A program made the translations under genes and the position numbers. A stretch of 63,999 nucleotides of DNA, counting the filler, from Planctomycetota bacterium (lineage in GTDB: Bacteria; Planctomycetota; Planctomycetia; JALXBF01): NCBI GenBank assembly GCA_026991575.1. It is 5 parts of 5 records of this genome, joined end to end, with 100 filler letters (N's around TTAATTAATTAA, not from the genome) between each part and the next. Parts side by side here need not be neighbours in the genome. Positions count along the whole stretch, not along the records: positions 1 to 24,335 come from JALXBF010000041.1; 4 more parts are not named here. One strand, written 5' to 3'. The notes beneath the pieces were generated by a model that was not told the DNA's origin, did not search any database, and saw only the letters and a program-made list of their open reading frames with translations. Each line of letters opens with the position of its first letter. Position 1 is the stretch's first letter. Of this stretch, positions 11,359 through 22,153 are shown in pieces.

Positions 11359-11367
11359 GGTGCTGAG

Positions 11368-11937
11368 ATGGTCACGCTAATCGACGTTGCGCTCGCTGGT
11401 CTGGTGCTGGGCCTGACGTACCTGCTGTCCAAAGAAGGACTGTGGGGGGCTGCTCTGGCGTTCTTCGACACACTGTTCGCCGGACTGATCGCGTTCGGCA
11501 CCTTCGAGTTTCTGGGCAGCCGCATGGAAGCAAACATCGGCTTCTGGGGAGGGTTCCCTCGGTTCATCTGCCTGGTGGGCGTGTTCTGCATCACGGTGAG
11601 CATCCTGCGGGTGATCACCGACAAACTTGGCCCACGGCGGGTGAAGTTCCCGGATCTGGCCGAACAGACGCTCAAGTTTGTCTTCGCCGGCCTGACCGCC
11701 TGGATCGCCACCGGAATGGTCATCTGCATGTACCAGGTTGCCCCGGTCTCGAAGGCACCGTTCCAGTACCCCTTCGGCAAGGCGCTGTTCGGTATTGGGA
11801 TCGACCGCCACTGGCTGATGATCGTTCACTACAGCACCCGCTACACGTTCGGCTGGGACGAGCAGAGCGCGTTCCCACCACCATCGCAGTTCATCCAGGA
11901 GTACGAAGAGTTCCGGCCGTTCGGCAAGAGATTCTAG
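11368..11937 (+). CDS. CvpA-like (colicin V production family) membrane protein
   Basis: Four hydrophobic segments, EGLWGA motif after first helix; follows the ATPase gene by 9 nt. Confidence 0.6.
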   Translation: MVTLIDVALAGLVLGLTYLLSKEGLWGAALAFFDTLFAGLIAFGTFEFLGSRMEANIGFWGGFPRFICLVGVFCITVSILRVITDKLGPRRVKFPDLAEQTLKFVFAGLTAWIATGMVICMYQVAPVSKAPFQYPFGKALFGIGIDRHWLMIVHYSTRYTFGWDEQSAFPPPSQFIQEYEEFRPFGKRF

Positions 11938-12055
11938 ACGCGCGAGGCTGCAGGAGGCTGCCAGCCGGGCGACACCGGGCCTATCATGAGGTGGACGGTG
12001 CCGGTCAACGGGATCGGCTACCGTATGGACTCTCTGGTCAGTAGGAGCTAGCCCG

Positions 12056-12283
12056 GTGCGTCCAAAGCCGAAATTCACGCCGGGAGGCCTGCGCTGCCTC
12101 TACTGCGAAAAGCCACTGAGCTGTGCCATTTGCGGTAAGCTTGTCGCGTTCCGCACCCAACAGGAGCACGACGCGTTCTTTGAGCCGGAATCGGTGGTCC
12201 GCTGCCCGTACTGCAATCACACGCTTCGCTGTCGGTACTGCGGTGCCGTTTACGCTGGCACGGACGAAGAGTACGAGGCATAA
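12056..12283 (+). CDS. Small double zinc-ribbon protein (four CxxC motifs)
   Basis: CLYC, CAIC, CPYC and CRYC in 75 aa; AGGAG RBS upstream of GTG 12056. Confidence 0.7.
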   Translation: MRPKPKFTPGGLRCLYCEKPLSCAICGKLVAFRTQQEHDAFFEPESVVRCPYCNHTLRCRYCGAVYAGTDEEYEA

Positions 12284-12334
12284 TGGCCGCCAAGAGTACG
12301 CCGCGCAGCTTGTCGTGCCACTGGAGGTGCTGAC

Positions 12335-12919
12335 ATGTCCAATGGCAACCGTCGTGTGGGCAAGGCCCAGCAGATCGCCGTTGCCCTCGCAGCCGCCCTG
12401 GCTACTTCGGTAGCCAGCTCTGACAGTGAGGCCGCTCAGCTGAACGACGCGATCCGCAGGGTCGAGCGGTACTGTGCCGCTAGCTGGCGAGCAGCTGGCA
12501 TTCCGCAGCAGGAATGGGCCGATTGCACGCAGGAGGTGCTGACCAGGCTGCTGGAGCGGCTGGGGCAGCCCCGGAGCGACTGCTCCGCACAGGCTTATCG
12601 CGAACTGAAGCGGGCCGTCTGGTCCACGGCGAAGGCGTATCAGAGGCGACCGCGCGGTGCCGGCCTGCTGCATGAAGGGCTGACGCGCAACACGGCCACG
12701 CCCGATGAGACGCTCGCCCGAACAGAGTGGTTCGATCGGCTGTTGCAGCAGGTTACGCCGCGGCAACGTCGCATCCTGGAACTGTGGCTTGCCGGCGCCT
12801 CGATCGGTGAGATCGCACGGGACCTGGGTCTGCCAGCCGAGCGGGTTAGCGACGAGAAGTACAAAGCGCTGCGGCGGATCAAGCAGATCATCGCAGCCGA
12901 GGCAGACAGCAGCAGCTGA
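12335..12919 (+). CDS. ECF-like RNA polymerase sigma factor (sigma70 family)
   Basis: DCTQEV region-2-like motif; region 4 HTH RQRRILELW..GASIGEIARDLGLPAERVSDEKYKALRRI; GGAGGT RBS. Confidence 0.75.
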   Translation: MSNGNRRVGKAQQIAVALAAALATSVASSDSEAAQLNDAIRRVERYCAASWRAAGIPQQEWADCTQEVLTRLLERLGQPRSDCSAQAYRELKRAVWSTAKAYQRRPRGAGLLHEGLTRNTATPDETLARTEWFDRLLQQVTPRQRRILELWLAGASIGEIARDLGLPAERVSDEKYKALRRIKQIIAAEADSSS

Positions 12920-12975
12920 TCGTCAACGGTACCGGTCCCGGCGGCAGGACGACGCCGGGACCGGTTGGCTGACGG

Positions 12976-13827
12976 CTAACCCCAGTATTTCTGCACCATT
13001 TGCTTCATGAAGCGTAGCCCTTCGCGGGCCACGTGCTCCTCGCTCGGAAACATCTTCCGCCAGATGCAAGTCGCGGCGGCTAGATCAGGCAAGGCCTGGC
13101 CGAAGGCCTCAATCACCAGCCAACCGTCGTAGCCGATTTCTTTGAGCGTAGCGAACGTCTCCTCCCAGTGCACATGGCCCTCGCCAGGTGTGGAGCGGTC
13201 GTTTTCCGAGATATGCACGTGGATGATCCGCTTGCCGCCTGTGCGGATCGCCTCGGCTATGCTCTTCTCTTCGATGTTCGCGTGGAACGTGTCGTACATC
13301 ATGCGGAAGCCGGCATGGTTCACTTCGTCGACCAGCCGTGCGGTGTCCTCGGCGCAGTTGACGAAGTAGGTTTCGAACCGATTGAGGTACTCCAGCGCAA
13401 GCGGCACGCCCGCCGCCTGGGCGTAGGGGGCCAGCTGGCGGAACGCCTCCACCGCCCACTTCCATTCCTCTTCCGTGCGACCGCGTCCGACGAGCCTACC
13501 GACTGGTGAGACGTACGGGCCGCAGAGCACTTCGGCGCCGAGCACGTGGCAGATATCGACAGCCCGCTTCAGGTGCTCCAGTGCCCGCTCGCGGACGACT
13601 CGATCGTCGCTGATCGGATTGGCGTCCTCCGGAACGACCGTCACGACGGTACAAGCGAGACCGAGCTCCTCGAGCTTGCGGCGAGTGTCCCGAGCTTTCG
13701 CTTCGTCGAACGCAAACACGGGCAACTCAACGCCGTCAAACCCCCACTGCTTGATCTGCTCTAGCAGTCGGTAATGCTCCGGACCCACGTCGGTGGTCCA
13801 GAGCAGAAGGTTCATGCCGTACTTCAT
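12976..13827 (-). CDS. Sugar phosphate isomerase/epimerase, D-tagatose/D-psicose 3-epimerase-like
   Basis: GFDGVELP, LEYLNRFE, YDTFHANIEE, HVHISENDR, WLVIEAF. Confidence 0.9.
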   Translation of the reverse strand: MKYGMNLLLWTTDVGPEHYRLLEQIKQWGFDGVELPVFAFDEAKARDTRRKLEELGLACTVVTVVPEDANPISDDRVVRERALEHLKRAVDICHVLGAEVLCGPYVSPVGRLVGRGRTEEEWKWAVEAFRQLAPYAQAAGVPLALEYLNRFETYFVNCAEDTARLVDEVNHAGFRMMYDTFHANIEEKSIAEAIRTGGKRIIHVHISENDRSTPGEGHVHWEETFATLKEIGYDGWLVIEAFGQALPDLAAATCIWRKMFPSEEHVAREGLRFMKQMVQKYWG

Positions 13828-13839
13828 GGCAGCTCTCCG

Positions 13840-14982
13840 TCAGATCCGGGTCACTTCCTGCCAGGTGCCGGTCTGCGCCGACTTGGCCACCGCATCGCAG
13901 ACGTACTGGGTAGCCAGGGCGGTGCGGAACGTCGGTTCAGCAGGGGTACCGGTCTGGAGCCCTTTGAGGAAGTCGGCCAGGGCGTTGATGAACGTGTGCT
14001 CGTAGCCGATGGTCGTACCGGGCACCCACCAGTTCTTGTGGTACGGGTGCTCGAAACCGGTCACGTGGATGCTGCGCCAGCCGCGTAGCCGTGGGTCGTC
14101 GGAGTGCTCGAAGTACTCGAGACGGTGAGGATCCTCCAGATCGAAGTAGATCGAAGCGTGTTCGCCGTTGATCTCGAAGGCGTTCTTGTTCTTGCGGCCA
14201 CGGGCATAACGGGTTGATTCGAATGTGCCGACCGAACCGTTCTCGAACCGAGCGAGGAACAACGTGGCGTCGTCGATCTTGACCGGTTCCGGAGCCCCTT
14301 TCTCCTGATGGACCCGCTCCTTGACGAACGTCTCCATCAGGGCATTGACCGCGACGATCGGACCGTTCAGCCACATGGCTGTGTCGATCGAGTGGGACAG
14401 CAGGTCGCCCAGAACGCCGGATCCGGCCACGTTCGCGTCCAACCGCCAGAAGGTATGCCCTCCCTGCGGTACGCTCGGATCGATGGTCCAGTCCTGCAGG
14501 TAGACGGCGCGGTAGTGGAAGACTCGGCCGAGCTTCCCTTCCTGCACCACTTCGTGTGCCAGCGTGATCGCGGGCACTCGTCGGTAGTTGAACCAGACGA
14601 AGTTTGGCACGCCGGCTTCCTCGACCGCCTCGACCATCTCGCGTGCCTCGGCGCCCGTGCGGGCAAGTGGCTTTTCGCACAGCACCATCTTGCCCTTTTC
14701 GGCTGCGGCGATCGCGATGTCGTGGTGCGTGTCGTTGGGAGTGCAGATATCGATGGCATCGATGTCGTCCCGCTCAACCAGCTTGCGCCAGTCGGTTTCC
14801 CAGGACGCGTAGCCCCAGCGGTCAGCAAACGCTTTGACCTTCTCTTCGTTCCGCCCACAGATCGCCTGCAACACCGGCTCGTACTCAAGGTCGAAGAACT
14901 TGTTGACCTTGTAGTACGCGTTCGAATGGGCCCGCCCCATGAAGCCGTAGCCGATAACGCCCACGCGCAGTTTCTTGCCCAT
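13840..14982 (-). CDS. Gfo/Idh/MocA family oxidoreductase
   Basis: GYGFMGRAH Rossmann motif, [18 protein letters not shown]. Confidence 0.92.
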   Translation of the reverse strand: MGKKLRVGVIGYGFMGRAHSNAYYKVNKFFDLEYEPVLQAICGRNEEKVKAFADRWGYASWETDWRKLVERDDIDAIDICTPNDTHHDIAIAAAEKGKMVLCEKPLARTGAEAREMVEAVEEAGVPNFVWFNYRRVPAITLAHEVVQEGKLGRVFHYRAVYLQDWTIDPSVPQGGHTFWRLDANVAGSGVLGDLLSHSIDTAMWLNGPIVAVNALMETFVKERVHQEKGAPEPVKIDDATLFLARFENGSVGTFESTRYARGRKNKNAFEINGEHASIYFDLEDPHRLEYFEHSDDPRLRGWRSIHVTGFEHPYHKNWWVPGTTIGYEHTFINALADFLKGLQTGTPAEPTFRTALATQYVCDAVAKSAQTGTWQEVTRI

Positions 14983-15031
14983 GGTCTTGCTCCTTTCTGT
15001 GCCTGAATCGCTCTGGCTGGTGTTCGCTCGG

Positions 15032-15952
15032 CTAGAAATCGGGCGTGTACTTCTTGCGGTACTCGTCCAGGAAGCGGATCGACTGTTCGGTCACCTCCCA
15101 GGCGTTCGGCCAGAAGCACAGGTCGATCGTCCACCAGTCGCTCGGACAGCCGCAGGTGAGCAGCTCGGGGATGATGGCGTCGAAATCAAGCAGTCCTTCA
15201 CCGAAGGGCCGGTGTGTTGAGGTCTCGTCGTCGTGAAGCGTCCCGTCGGAATCGATCAGGTGGATGTGGCCGATGCGGCCACGGAGCAAGCGAAGCAGGC
15301 CAAGTGCCCCATCCGCCAGCGTCTCCTTCTCGCCAGGCTGTCGGGCACCTTCCGCAGCCACCATGTGCGCATGGCAGGTGTCGAAGAGGATGCCAAAGTT
15401 CCACGCGCCGTGCGACCGCACCTCATCGACGATCTCCACAATTTCGCTGGGCTTATTGAACGCAAACCCAGGCTCGAACTCCCAGACCACTCGGATGCCG
15501 TGATCCGCCGCGATCCGGGCGCACTTGACCCAGGCTTTCACGACGCGCTCGCGGCCCAGCTTCGGGTCGACGCCAGTCTTCTCAAAACAGTCGGGCGGTT
15601 CAACCGTGTCCACGCGGATGACGTCGATGCCCATGTCTTCGGCAAACAGCACGTTCTTGGCAAATTCGGCAATGTACGGTCCGGAGTCCTCGACCGTGGG
15701 AAGTTTGTGCATCCAGAGGTTAGCGGCCAGCCCGCTGAACGCCAGGCCTTTGTCCTCCACGTAGCGCCGCAGATAGAGCCGACTCTCACGCGTACGTAAT
15801 GAGTCGGGGTTCGGGTGAGGCGGGAAGGCGCCGAACTCAACACCGTCCATGCCCAACTGGGCCAACTTGTCCACGACCGTGTAGAAATCGACCGGGTTCT
15901 TCTCATACGGTCCGAAACAGTACGCCCAACTCCCAATAGACAGTTTTGGCAT
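15032..15952 (-). CDS. Xylose isomerase-like TIM-barrel sugar isomerase/epimerase
   Basis: [38 protein letters not shown] before ATG 15952. Confidence 0.85.
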   Translation of the reverse strand: MPKLSIGSWAYCFGPYEKNPVDFYTVVDKLAQLGMDGVEFGAFPPHPNPDSLRTRESRLYLRRYVEDKGLAFSGLAANLWMHKLPTVEDSGPYIAEFAKNVLFAEDMGIDVIRVDTVEPPDCFEKTGVDPKLGRERVVKAWVKCARIAADHGIRVVWEFEPGFAFNKPSEIVEIVDEVRSHGAWNFGILFDTCHAHMVAAEGARQPGEKETLADGALGLLRLLRGRIGHIHLIDSDGTLHDDETSTHRPFGEGLLDFDAIIPELLTCGCPSDWWTIDLCFWPNAWEVTEQSIRFLDEYRKKYTPDF

Positions 15953-15994
15953 GACTACCTCCGCGTCTGCCGGACTGCTGTGCGTCAAAGCATC

Positions 15995-16972
15995 TTAACC
16001 CACCTCGACGATCCGCCCCTCCTCGATCGAACGCTCCATGGCCTCGATCATCTTCTGGGCCACGATGGCATCGTCTAGCGTGGACAACGGCTCCAGACCA
16101 CGCCGCAAACAGCCATCGATAAAGTGACGCACCTCATTGGTGATCGAACCCTGGTAGGCGGTGTACGTTTGAGAATGGACCAGGCCTGGCTTCAGCTCCA
16201 CCCAGTCCCGGTAGCTGTACCGTGTGCCGCCCGCCGTGCCGATCACCTTCACCAGTACGGTCCACGGATCAGCCGTGTGGTCGTCGGCCGCGAAGCTGGC
16301 GCAGAAGTGGGCAAGCGAACCGTCTTCCATTTCCAGCTGCACCATCGCCAGATCCTCCTGCGTGATCCGTTCATAGTGCAACGTCGCCTTCATGGCTACC
16401 AGCCGCTTCGGCCGACCAACCAGATACAGCAAGATGTACGAATGGTGCGTCATGATCTGGCGGATCACCCCCGGGTATCGCGCAGCAACTTCTTCAGGAT
16501 GGTGGATGTTGTAGAGCACGTAGCAGGAGACGATCCGGCCAAGTTCGCCTTCGGTTACGAGCTGCTTGGTCCGCTCCATCCCCGCTTCATAGATGTAGTT
16601 GTGGCCCGGCATGCAGACCCGGCCCGCCCTGGCAGCGGCCGCCTTCATCTGCTCGATCTCGCCAACATCGCACCCCACCGGCTTCTCCACCAACACGTGC
16701 TTACCGGCCTCCAGGGCAAGCAACGTGTACTTCAGGTGCGTCTCCAGATTGGTTAACACGAAGACCGCGTCGATGGCCGGATCGTTGACCAGGGCCTCCG
16801 GCGTCTCGTACCGCTTGCAACCGAACTGCTCGGCCCGCTGGATGGCACGCTGCTCGGTCCGGTTCCACAGCCCCACCAGCTTGGCACCGGGACAGCGCCG
16901 CACCGCCTCCGCATGGAGCACGGACACGTCGCCGGCGCCGATGAAGCCTACGCCAATGGTGTCGTCAGGCAT
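15995..16972 (-). CDS. Gfo/Idh/MocA family oxidoreductase
   Basis: GFIGAG, GKHVLVEKP, GHNY; GGAGGT RBS upstream. Confidence 0.9.
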   Translation of the reverse strand: MPDDTIGVGFIGAGDVSVLHAEAVRRCPGAKLVGLWNRTEQRAIQRAEQFGCKRYETPEALVNDPAIDAVFVLTNLETHLKYTLLALEAGKHVLVEKPVGCDVGEIEQMKAAAARAGRVCMPGHNYIYEAGMERTKQLVTEGELGRIVSCYVLYNIHHPEEVAARYPGVIRQIMTHHSYILLYLVGRPKRLVAMKATLHYERITQEDLAMVQLEMEDGSLAHFCASFAADDHTADPWTVLVKVIGTAGGTRYSYRDWVELKPGLVHSQTYTAYQGSITNEVRHFIDGCLRRGLEPLSTLDDAIVAQKMIEAMERSIEEGRIVEVG

Positions 16973-17483
16973 GCCGGTCACCTCCGAATGAACCCCCTAA
17001 GCAGAGACACGATCGCGATGAAGACGATGGCAAGTTTTACCTGAATCGACGGCGCTTGACAAGGCTGTCGCGCCTACCGGGTCCAATTGGGCTTTCGCGC
17101 ACGCGGTACCGGGACGGGTTGCCGCGCAGCCGGGTGGCGAGCCGGTGGTTGGTTTCTTCCCCCGGCCGACGCGGCGGGACCGACACCCGCGCACGACACC
17201 GGCCACATCGTCCCTCGGCTGTGGTCCCCCTGCCAGGCCTGCAAGGGCCCAATCGGCCCCTCCGATGCGCGCTGGCTTGACGAGGCGGCCCGGCTTGGGC
17301 GAAACTAAATGTGTCCTGTCCGGTCACCGTCGCGGCTGCGCGGTGGCCGCCTGTCCCACGGGGTGCCAACTCGGCGTTGCTGACCGATCGGCGCGCCGTC
17401 ACGGCATGTGGTGCGGCGCAGACTTCAACCAGTGGCAAGTGTCGCCGCTGCCCGACGCGACACGTTCCTCAAAAGGACCGCCA

Positions 17484-18581
17484 ATGATGTACTGCCAGAA
17501 GCAACGCAGAGACGCCTTCACGCTGATCGAACTCCTCGTGGTCATCGCGATCATTGGGATCCTGATGGCCCTGCTGTTGCCTGCCGTGCAGCGTGCCCGG
17601 GAGCGAGCTCGTCAGAACCAGTGCGCGAACAATCTGAAGCAGATCGGCATCGCGCTGCAAGCGTACGCCAGCACACACCGGGTGTTCCCGCCCGGCGCGA
17701 TCATGCCGGACGATTTCGGCCCAGGCTACTCGTGCGACACCCCGTACTGCACGATCAATCGTGGCCGAGCCGGCAACATGGGAGCCTCCTGGCTCGTCCA
17801 GCTCCTCCCGATGCTCGACCAGGAAAATGTCTACAACGCTTGGAACGCCTCCCTGCCGATTCGGTCGCCTCAGAACGCAACCGTCATCACGCAGCACATC
17901 CAGGTCTTCCTGTGCCCGTCGGACACAGGCAGCTACGAGCTCTTCGTGGCGCCATTTGAGGACACAAACGACCGTACTCCGATGGCCAAAGGCAACTACG
18001 CTGCGAACTTCGGGGCAACCGGCTGGAACTTCGACATCCTCTTCGTCCAACGGCGGCCATACACGTATGGGCCGTTCGGCCAGAATTTCGGAGCGTCGCC
18101 CGATCTGATCAGCCGCAACGACGGCACAACCAACACGATTGCGGCGGCTGAGATCCGCCGAGCGTTCAGCGGCTTCGGCTCTGCCGACGTGCGCGGCGTC
18201 TGGTCAATCGGCGTCATGGGCGCATCGGCGTTCGCGGGTCGGATGGACGAGCCAAACGACCCGGACAACGCCTCAACGCCCGGACAACTGAAGCCCAACG
18301 ACCCCAGCCCGGACCTCATCCCCTACTGTGCCGCAGGTGACCGCCGGGGACTTCCCTGCCTGGAAGTTCCTAACGAGAATCCGCTCAAGTTCCCACACCC
18401 GCGCAGCATGGATCAGATCGCCAAGAGCCGTCAGGGAGCAGCGCCGCGGTCGATGCACAGCAATGGCGTCAATGTGCTTATGTGCGATGGATCAGTTCGT
18501 TTCATGTCAGACCAGATCAACATCGGTCTCTACCACGCCCTGCTGACCATTAAGAACAAGGAGCCAGTGGACGACTTCTAG
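17484..18581 (+). CDS. DUF1559 prepilin-type N-terminal cleavage/methylation domain protein
   Basis: AFTLIELLVVIAIIGILMALLLPAVQRARE..R..QCANNLKQIG, FLCPSD, C-terminal H-X9-DG (HSNGVNVLMCDGSVRF); AAGGA RBS. Confidence 0.95.
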   Translation: MMYCQKQRRDAFTLIELLVVIAIIGILMALLLPAVQRARERARQNQCANNLKQIGIALQAYASTHRVFPPGAIMPDDFGPGYSCDTPYCTINRGRAGNMGASWLVQLLPMLDQENVYNAWNASLPIRSPQNATVITQHIQVFLCPSDTGSYELFVAPFEDTNDRTPMAKGNYAANFGATGWNFDILFVQRRPYTYGPFGQNFGASPDLISRNDGTTNTIAAAEIRRAFSGFGSADVRGVWSIGVMGASAFAGRMDEPNDPDNASTPGQLKPNDPSPDLIPYCAAGDRRGLPCLEVPNENPLKFPHPRSMDQIAKSRQGAAPRSMHSNGVNVLMCDGSVRFMSDQINIGLYHALLTIKNKEPVDDF

Positions 18582-18606
18582 TGGTGGAGCCATGCGCGGG
18601 TAGTGG

Positions 18607-20022
18607 CTAGCGTGGCCGCTGCCAGGCAGGCCAAGTCGGCGTCTCCCGCTGGATTTCTTCATAGAGCGCGACCAGCTGCGCACGTAGCTCGGCGAGCTTC
18701 TCCGGGTGCTTGCCAGCCAGGTCCCGTTGCTCACCTACGTCTTCCCTCAGGTTGTACAGCTCAAACTTCACAAGCCTGGCGTGCTTGATGGCATCTTGGT
18801 CTTCGGGCCGGATGTCGCCACGCAGCGTCGCGGCCGGCCGATCAAGGTGGCCGAGGATCTTCCAATCACCGACTCGCATCGCAACCTTTGGCGCGCTTCG
18901 GGCCGAGTTCAGTTGCCAGTACAGCGGCACGGAGCGACGCAGTTTCTTGCCTTCGAGCACCGGCAGAAAACTGGTGCCGTCCAGCTTTCGGTCCGTCGGC
19001 ACATCAATACCGGCCATCGCACAAATCGTGGGCAACAGGTCAACGACGCCGATCGGCTCATCGCACACGGTTCCCGGCTTGGCCTTACCGGGCCAGCGTA
19101 GGATACCCGGCACGCGGATGCCGCCCTCGTACAGATGGGCCTTCTTAGCACGAAGCGGACCGGCTGAGCCGTACGGATGCGCCCGCGTGATGGCTGGGCC
19201 GTTGTCGCTGCTGAAGTAAACGAATGTGGTATCCCTCAGGCCCAGTTCGTCGAGTGCCTTCAAGATACGGCCGACGGCGTAGTCCAATTGCGATATGTTG
19301 CCGTGGTGCCGCCGCTGGCGAGGATCCGCGAACTGACGATAGAACGCCTGAAAGTGGGGCGCGGTGGCAATCGGCTCGTGTGGCTCATGGAAGCAAACAT
19401 ACAGGAAGAATGGCCGTGTGCGGTCCCGATGTTCCTTCAGCCACCGGATCGTTTCTTCGGCAACGATCAGGCCCGAGAACCCTTCGATGCGACCGACCGG
19501 CACCCCGTTGCGCACGAAGTTCACCGGGTTCCGGTGGCTGGGCAACGCGTTGTTCTGGGTGGCAAACCAGTAGTCGAAACCGTGGTCGTACGGGTCCGGT
19601 TGGGCATCGGAAACGAGGCTACCGTTGAGGTGCCACTTCCCGACCTGGCACGTCTGATAACCTGCCTGCTTCAGCAGCTCGGCAATGGTCACTTCGCTGG
19701 TTGGCAGGTGCATGGGCGAGCCAAACGCAATCCAGTTGTGGATACCCACGCGCTGGGGGGTGCGACCGGTCAGCAGCGCTGCACGGGAAGGCGAACAGAC
19801 GGGCGAACCGGCGTACGCGGCCGTGAACCGAACGCCTTCCTGAGCAAGCCGGTCGATATTCGGTGTGCGGAGCACGCGGTTGCCGTAACAGCCCAGGTCA
19901 CCGTAGCCGAGGTCGTCCGCAAAAAGGATCAAGACATTCGGACGATCGGCACCGACTCCCTTGCGTTGGCCGGGCACCAACAGAACAGCTGCCAGGACAA
20001 GCGGCCACCAGACGCTGCGCAT
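18607..20022 (-). CDS. Secreted type I (formylglycine) sulfatase, Cys-type
   Basis: Signal peptide, RPNVLILFADDLG, CSPSRAALLTGR, GKWHL, SSDNG, YEGGIRVP. Confidence 0.95.
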   Translation of the reverse strand: MRSVWWPLVLAAVLLVPGQRKGVGADRPNVLILFADDLGYGDLGCYGNRVLRTPNIDRLAQEGVRFTAAYAGSPVCSPSRAALLTGRTPQRVGIHNWIAFGSPMHLPTSEVTIAELLKQAGYQTCQVGKWHLNGSLVSDAQPDPYDHGFDYWFATQNNALPSHRNPVNFVRNGVPVGRIEGFSGLIVAEETIRWLKEHRDRTRPFFLYVCFHEPHEPIATAPHFQAFYRQFADPRQRRHHGNISQLDYAVGRILKALDELGLRDTTFVYFSSDNGPAITRAHPYGSAGPLRAKKAHLYEGGIRVPGILRWPGKAKPGTVCDEPIGVVDLLPTICAMAGIDVPTDRKLDGTSFLPVLEGKKLRRSVPLYWQLNSARSAPKVAMRVGDWKILGHLDRPAATLRGDIRPEDQDAIKHARLVKFELYNLREDVGEQRDLAGKHPEKLAELRAQLVALYEEIQRETPTWPAWQRPR

Positions 20023-20103
20023 CGAGCCACCTCCAGCGGGTCGCCTTCACGCACTTTCTGCAGTATAGCGGCGGTGCGAGCCCTGAGCTGGTCGACGGCG
20101 CTG

Positions 20104-20811
20104 CTAGGGGGAGTGCTGGCGAGGTGACGGGGCAGGTGCTCGAGCCTGTTCCGGGTCGGGCAGGTGCTTAATGGACGGCAGCCCGAAGACCTGCAAGAAG
20201 TACCGCGTGGTGCCGTACAAAGCGGGGCGGCCGAGCGAATCGTGGTGGCCGACGATGCGCACCAGCCCCTTCTCGACCAATTGCCGGATGACGTCACCGC
20301 AGCTGACGCCGCGGATCGCTTCGATATCGGCACGCATGATCGGCTGACGGTAGGCGATGATGGCAAGCGTTTCCCACGCGGCCGGGGACAGTTTCAGTGT
20401 GTGCCGCGGCGGGCAGAACCGGGCCAACCACGGTGCCAGGCTCCGCCGGGTGACCAGCTGCCAGCCGCCTGCAATGGGCCGGACGTGAAAGGCGGACCGG
20501 TCAGCATCGTAGAGGCGATTCAGTTCGCGCAGCAAGGGACGGACCAGGTGCACGGGCAGGCGAGCCTGCCGGGCAAGCTGGGCAGTGGTGAGTGGCTCGG
20601 TAGCGGCGAAAAGGGCCGCTTCCAACCGGGCCAGCTCCTCGGTGCGCCGGCCCGGCATCGGTGCAGCTCGCCAGGCAAACCGGCGGGCGATTGACCGCCG
20701 CCCCGAACGGCCAGCACCGGGTCGCTGGCGGGGCCGAAAGGCAAGTTGAGGATAGTTCGGCCGCAGACGAACGTGCATGGCTGTAGCCGGTGCCGTGCGC
20801 GTGTGATCCAT
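20104..20811 (-). CDS. scpB: SMC-ScpAB complex subunit ScpB (start may be ATG 20658)
   Basis: LEAALFAA.EPL, GGWQL, LSPAAWETLAIIAYRQPIMRADIEAIRGV, GRPALYGTT..FL..FGL. Confidence 0.92.
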   Translation of the reverse strand: MDHTRTAPATAMHVRLRPNYPQLAFRPRQRPGAGRSGRRSIARRFAWRAAPMPGRRTEELARLEAALFAATEPLTTAQLARQARLPVHLVRPLLRELNRLYDADRSAFHVRPIAGGWQLVTRRSLAPWLARFCPPRHTLKLSPAAWETLAIIAYRQPIMRADIEAIRGVSCGDVIRQLVEKGLVRIVGHHDSLGRPALYGTTRYFLQVFGLPSIKHLPDPEQARAPAPSPRQHSP

Positions 20812-20849
20812 GGCATCCTACGCGCCAGCCCGGCAGGTCGAAGTCATCG

Positions 20850-21299
20850 CTAGGGGGTGGTGATGCCGGCACCGTGTGCCTCTTGCCGAAACCGCTCCGC
20901 CCGATCGAGGATCGCTTCGGTGGTATGCGGCCGGCGCGGTTCAAGCACGTAATGGAATTCGCGCTCGTCGCGCAGCGTGAACGGCCAGAGATTCTCCGTG
21001 AAGAACTCCGTCAGCCAGTTGTCCCACCAGGGCGGCGGCACCTCCTGGATGACGGTCAAGGTCTCGTAATCGTCGTGCGTGATCTTAATCTTTCTCGGCG
21101 CGTAATACGCAAAAGACATCGAGACGGGCGAGAAGCCGACGACTTCGCCGTCGATTTCCACAAGTGCCCCGGGCGGATCGGTGCGCACGGTCATCCGCCG
21201 CTCAACGCAGCTGGATGCGCCGAGCAGCGTCAGCGCCGTAGCAACCCGGAGCCAGCCGTGGTAACCGCGCTGCTTTCGGTCCACGATCGAGTTCCTCAT
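20850..21299 (-). CDS. PEGA-domain lipoprotein
   Basis: Lipobox-like LLGASSC followed by VERRMTVRTDPPGALVEIDG. Confidence 0.75.
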   Translation of the reverse strand: MRNSIVDRKQRGYHGWLRVATALTLLGASSCVERRMTVRTDPPGALVEIDGEVVGFSPVSMSFAYYAPRKIKITHDDYETLTVIQEVPPPWWDNWLTEFFTENLWPFTLRDEREFHYVLEPRRPHTTEAILDRAERFRQEAHGAGITTP

Positions 21300-21403
21300 T
21301 CGGACAGACGCTTCCCGTCGCCCCGCTCCACTCAGTAGCATGACGGCCCAACGGCGTGAAGGGCAGTTTCGGGCCGGCAGCCGGACGACGAGCCGCCGCC
21401 AGG

Positions 21404-21994
21404 TCAGAACAGGCACTCGTCGTCGCTGAGCATCCGCTCGTCGCGTAGCGCCGCAATCGGCTTCGGTTGCTGCGGCTCGGCGGTACCCGCCACAACCGGC
21501 TCGGCGGAGGCCTGTGCGGAACCGGTCCTCAGCGGACTGCGGTAGCAGACGAGCGAGATGATGTAGAGAGCAGCGGCTGTGGCGAAGCCGGCGCGCGCCA
21601 CAACCTGATCCGTGGCGAACAACCGGATGAGCCGATCGAGCAGCGGGCTGTGCTGGCGCGGTCGCCGGTGTACCGACCGGGAGGCATCACTCAGTAGCGC
21701 CGGCATCCCATCCTCCGGCCGCCCCTCAAGCTCCCACTGCGCCAGCTGCTGCTGCAGCTCCGGATCATGCCGCAGCGCCTGCAGCAAGCGTGCGAGCTTC
21801 TCGTTCTGGCGATCGAGCGCAACGCACCGCTCTGTCAGCGCCGCCACAGTCTCTTCCAGCGCTCGGATGTGCTGCAGTCGCGGGGCAAGAACCAGGGCTG
21901 CCACGATGGCCGTGGCGCAGAACGCGGTGAGCCAGAAGCCGACCGCAGGCCAGATCGTCTCTTCGGCAACAGGCAACGTTGGGCTGGTGGACAT
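21404..21994 (-). CDS. Hypothetical membrane protein with TM helix and coiled coil (septum-formation-initiator-like architecture)
   Basis: N-terminal TM, heptad coiled coil ending ALRHDPEL, second hydrophobic segment near the C-terminus. Confidence 0.55.
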   Translation of the reverse strand: MSTSPTLPVAEETIWPAVGFWLTAFCATAIVAALVLAPRLQHIRALEETVAALTERCVALDRQNEKLARLLQALRHDPELQQQLAQWELEGRPEDGMPALLSDASRSVHRRPRQHSPLLDRLIRLFATDQVVARAGFATAAALYIISLVCYRSPLRTGSAQASAEPVVAGTAEPQQPKPIAALRDERMLSDDECLF

Positions 21995-22153
21995 CGTCGC
22001 GCGGCAAGCCTTGGGGATCGGCAGCTCGGCAGCTTTCCTGCTACAGCATCGGCGAAGTTGCGCAGAAGGGTTTGCGAAAACCCAGATTACGTAGCTTGCT
22101 CATTTAGCCAAAGCGGAACAATTGCACCGCCCCCCTCGCACACCACCGGCTAC

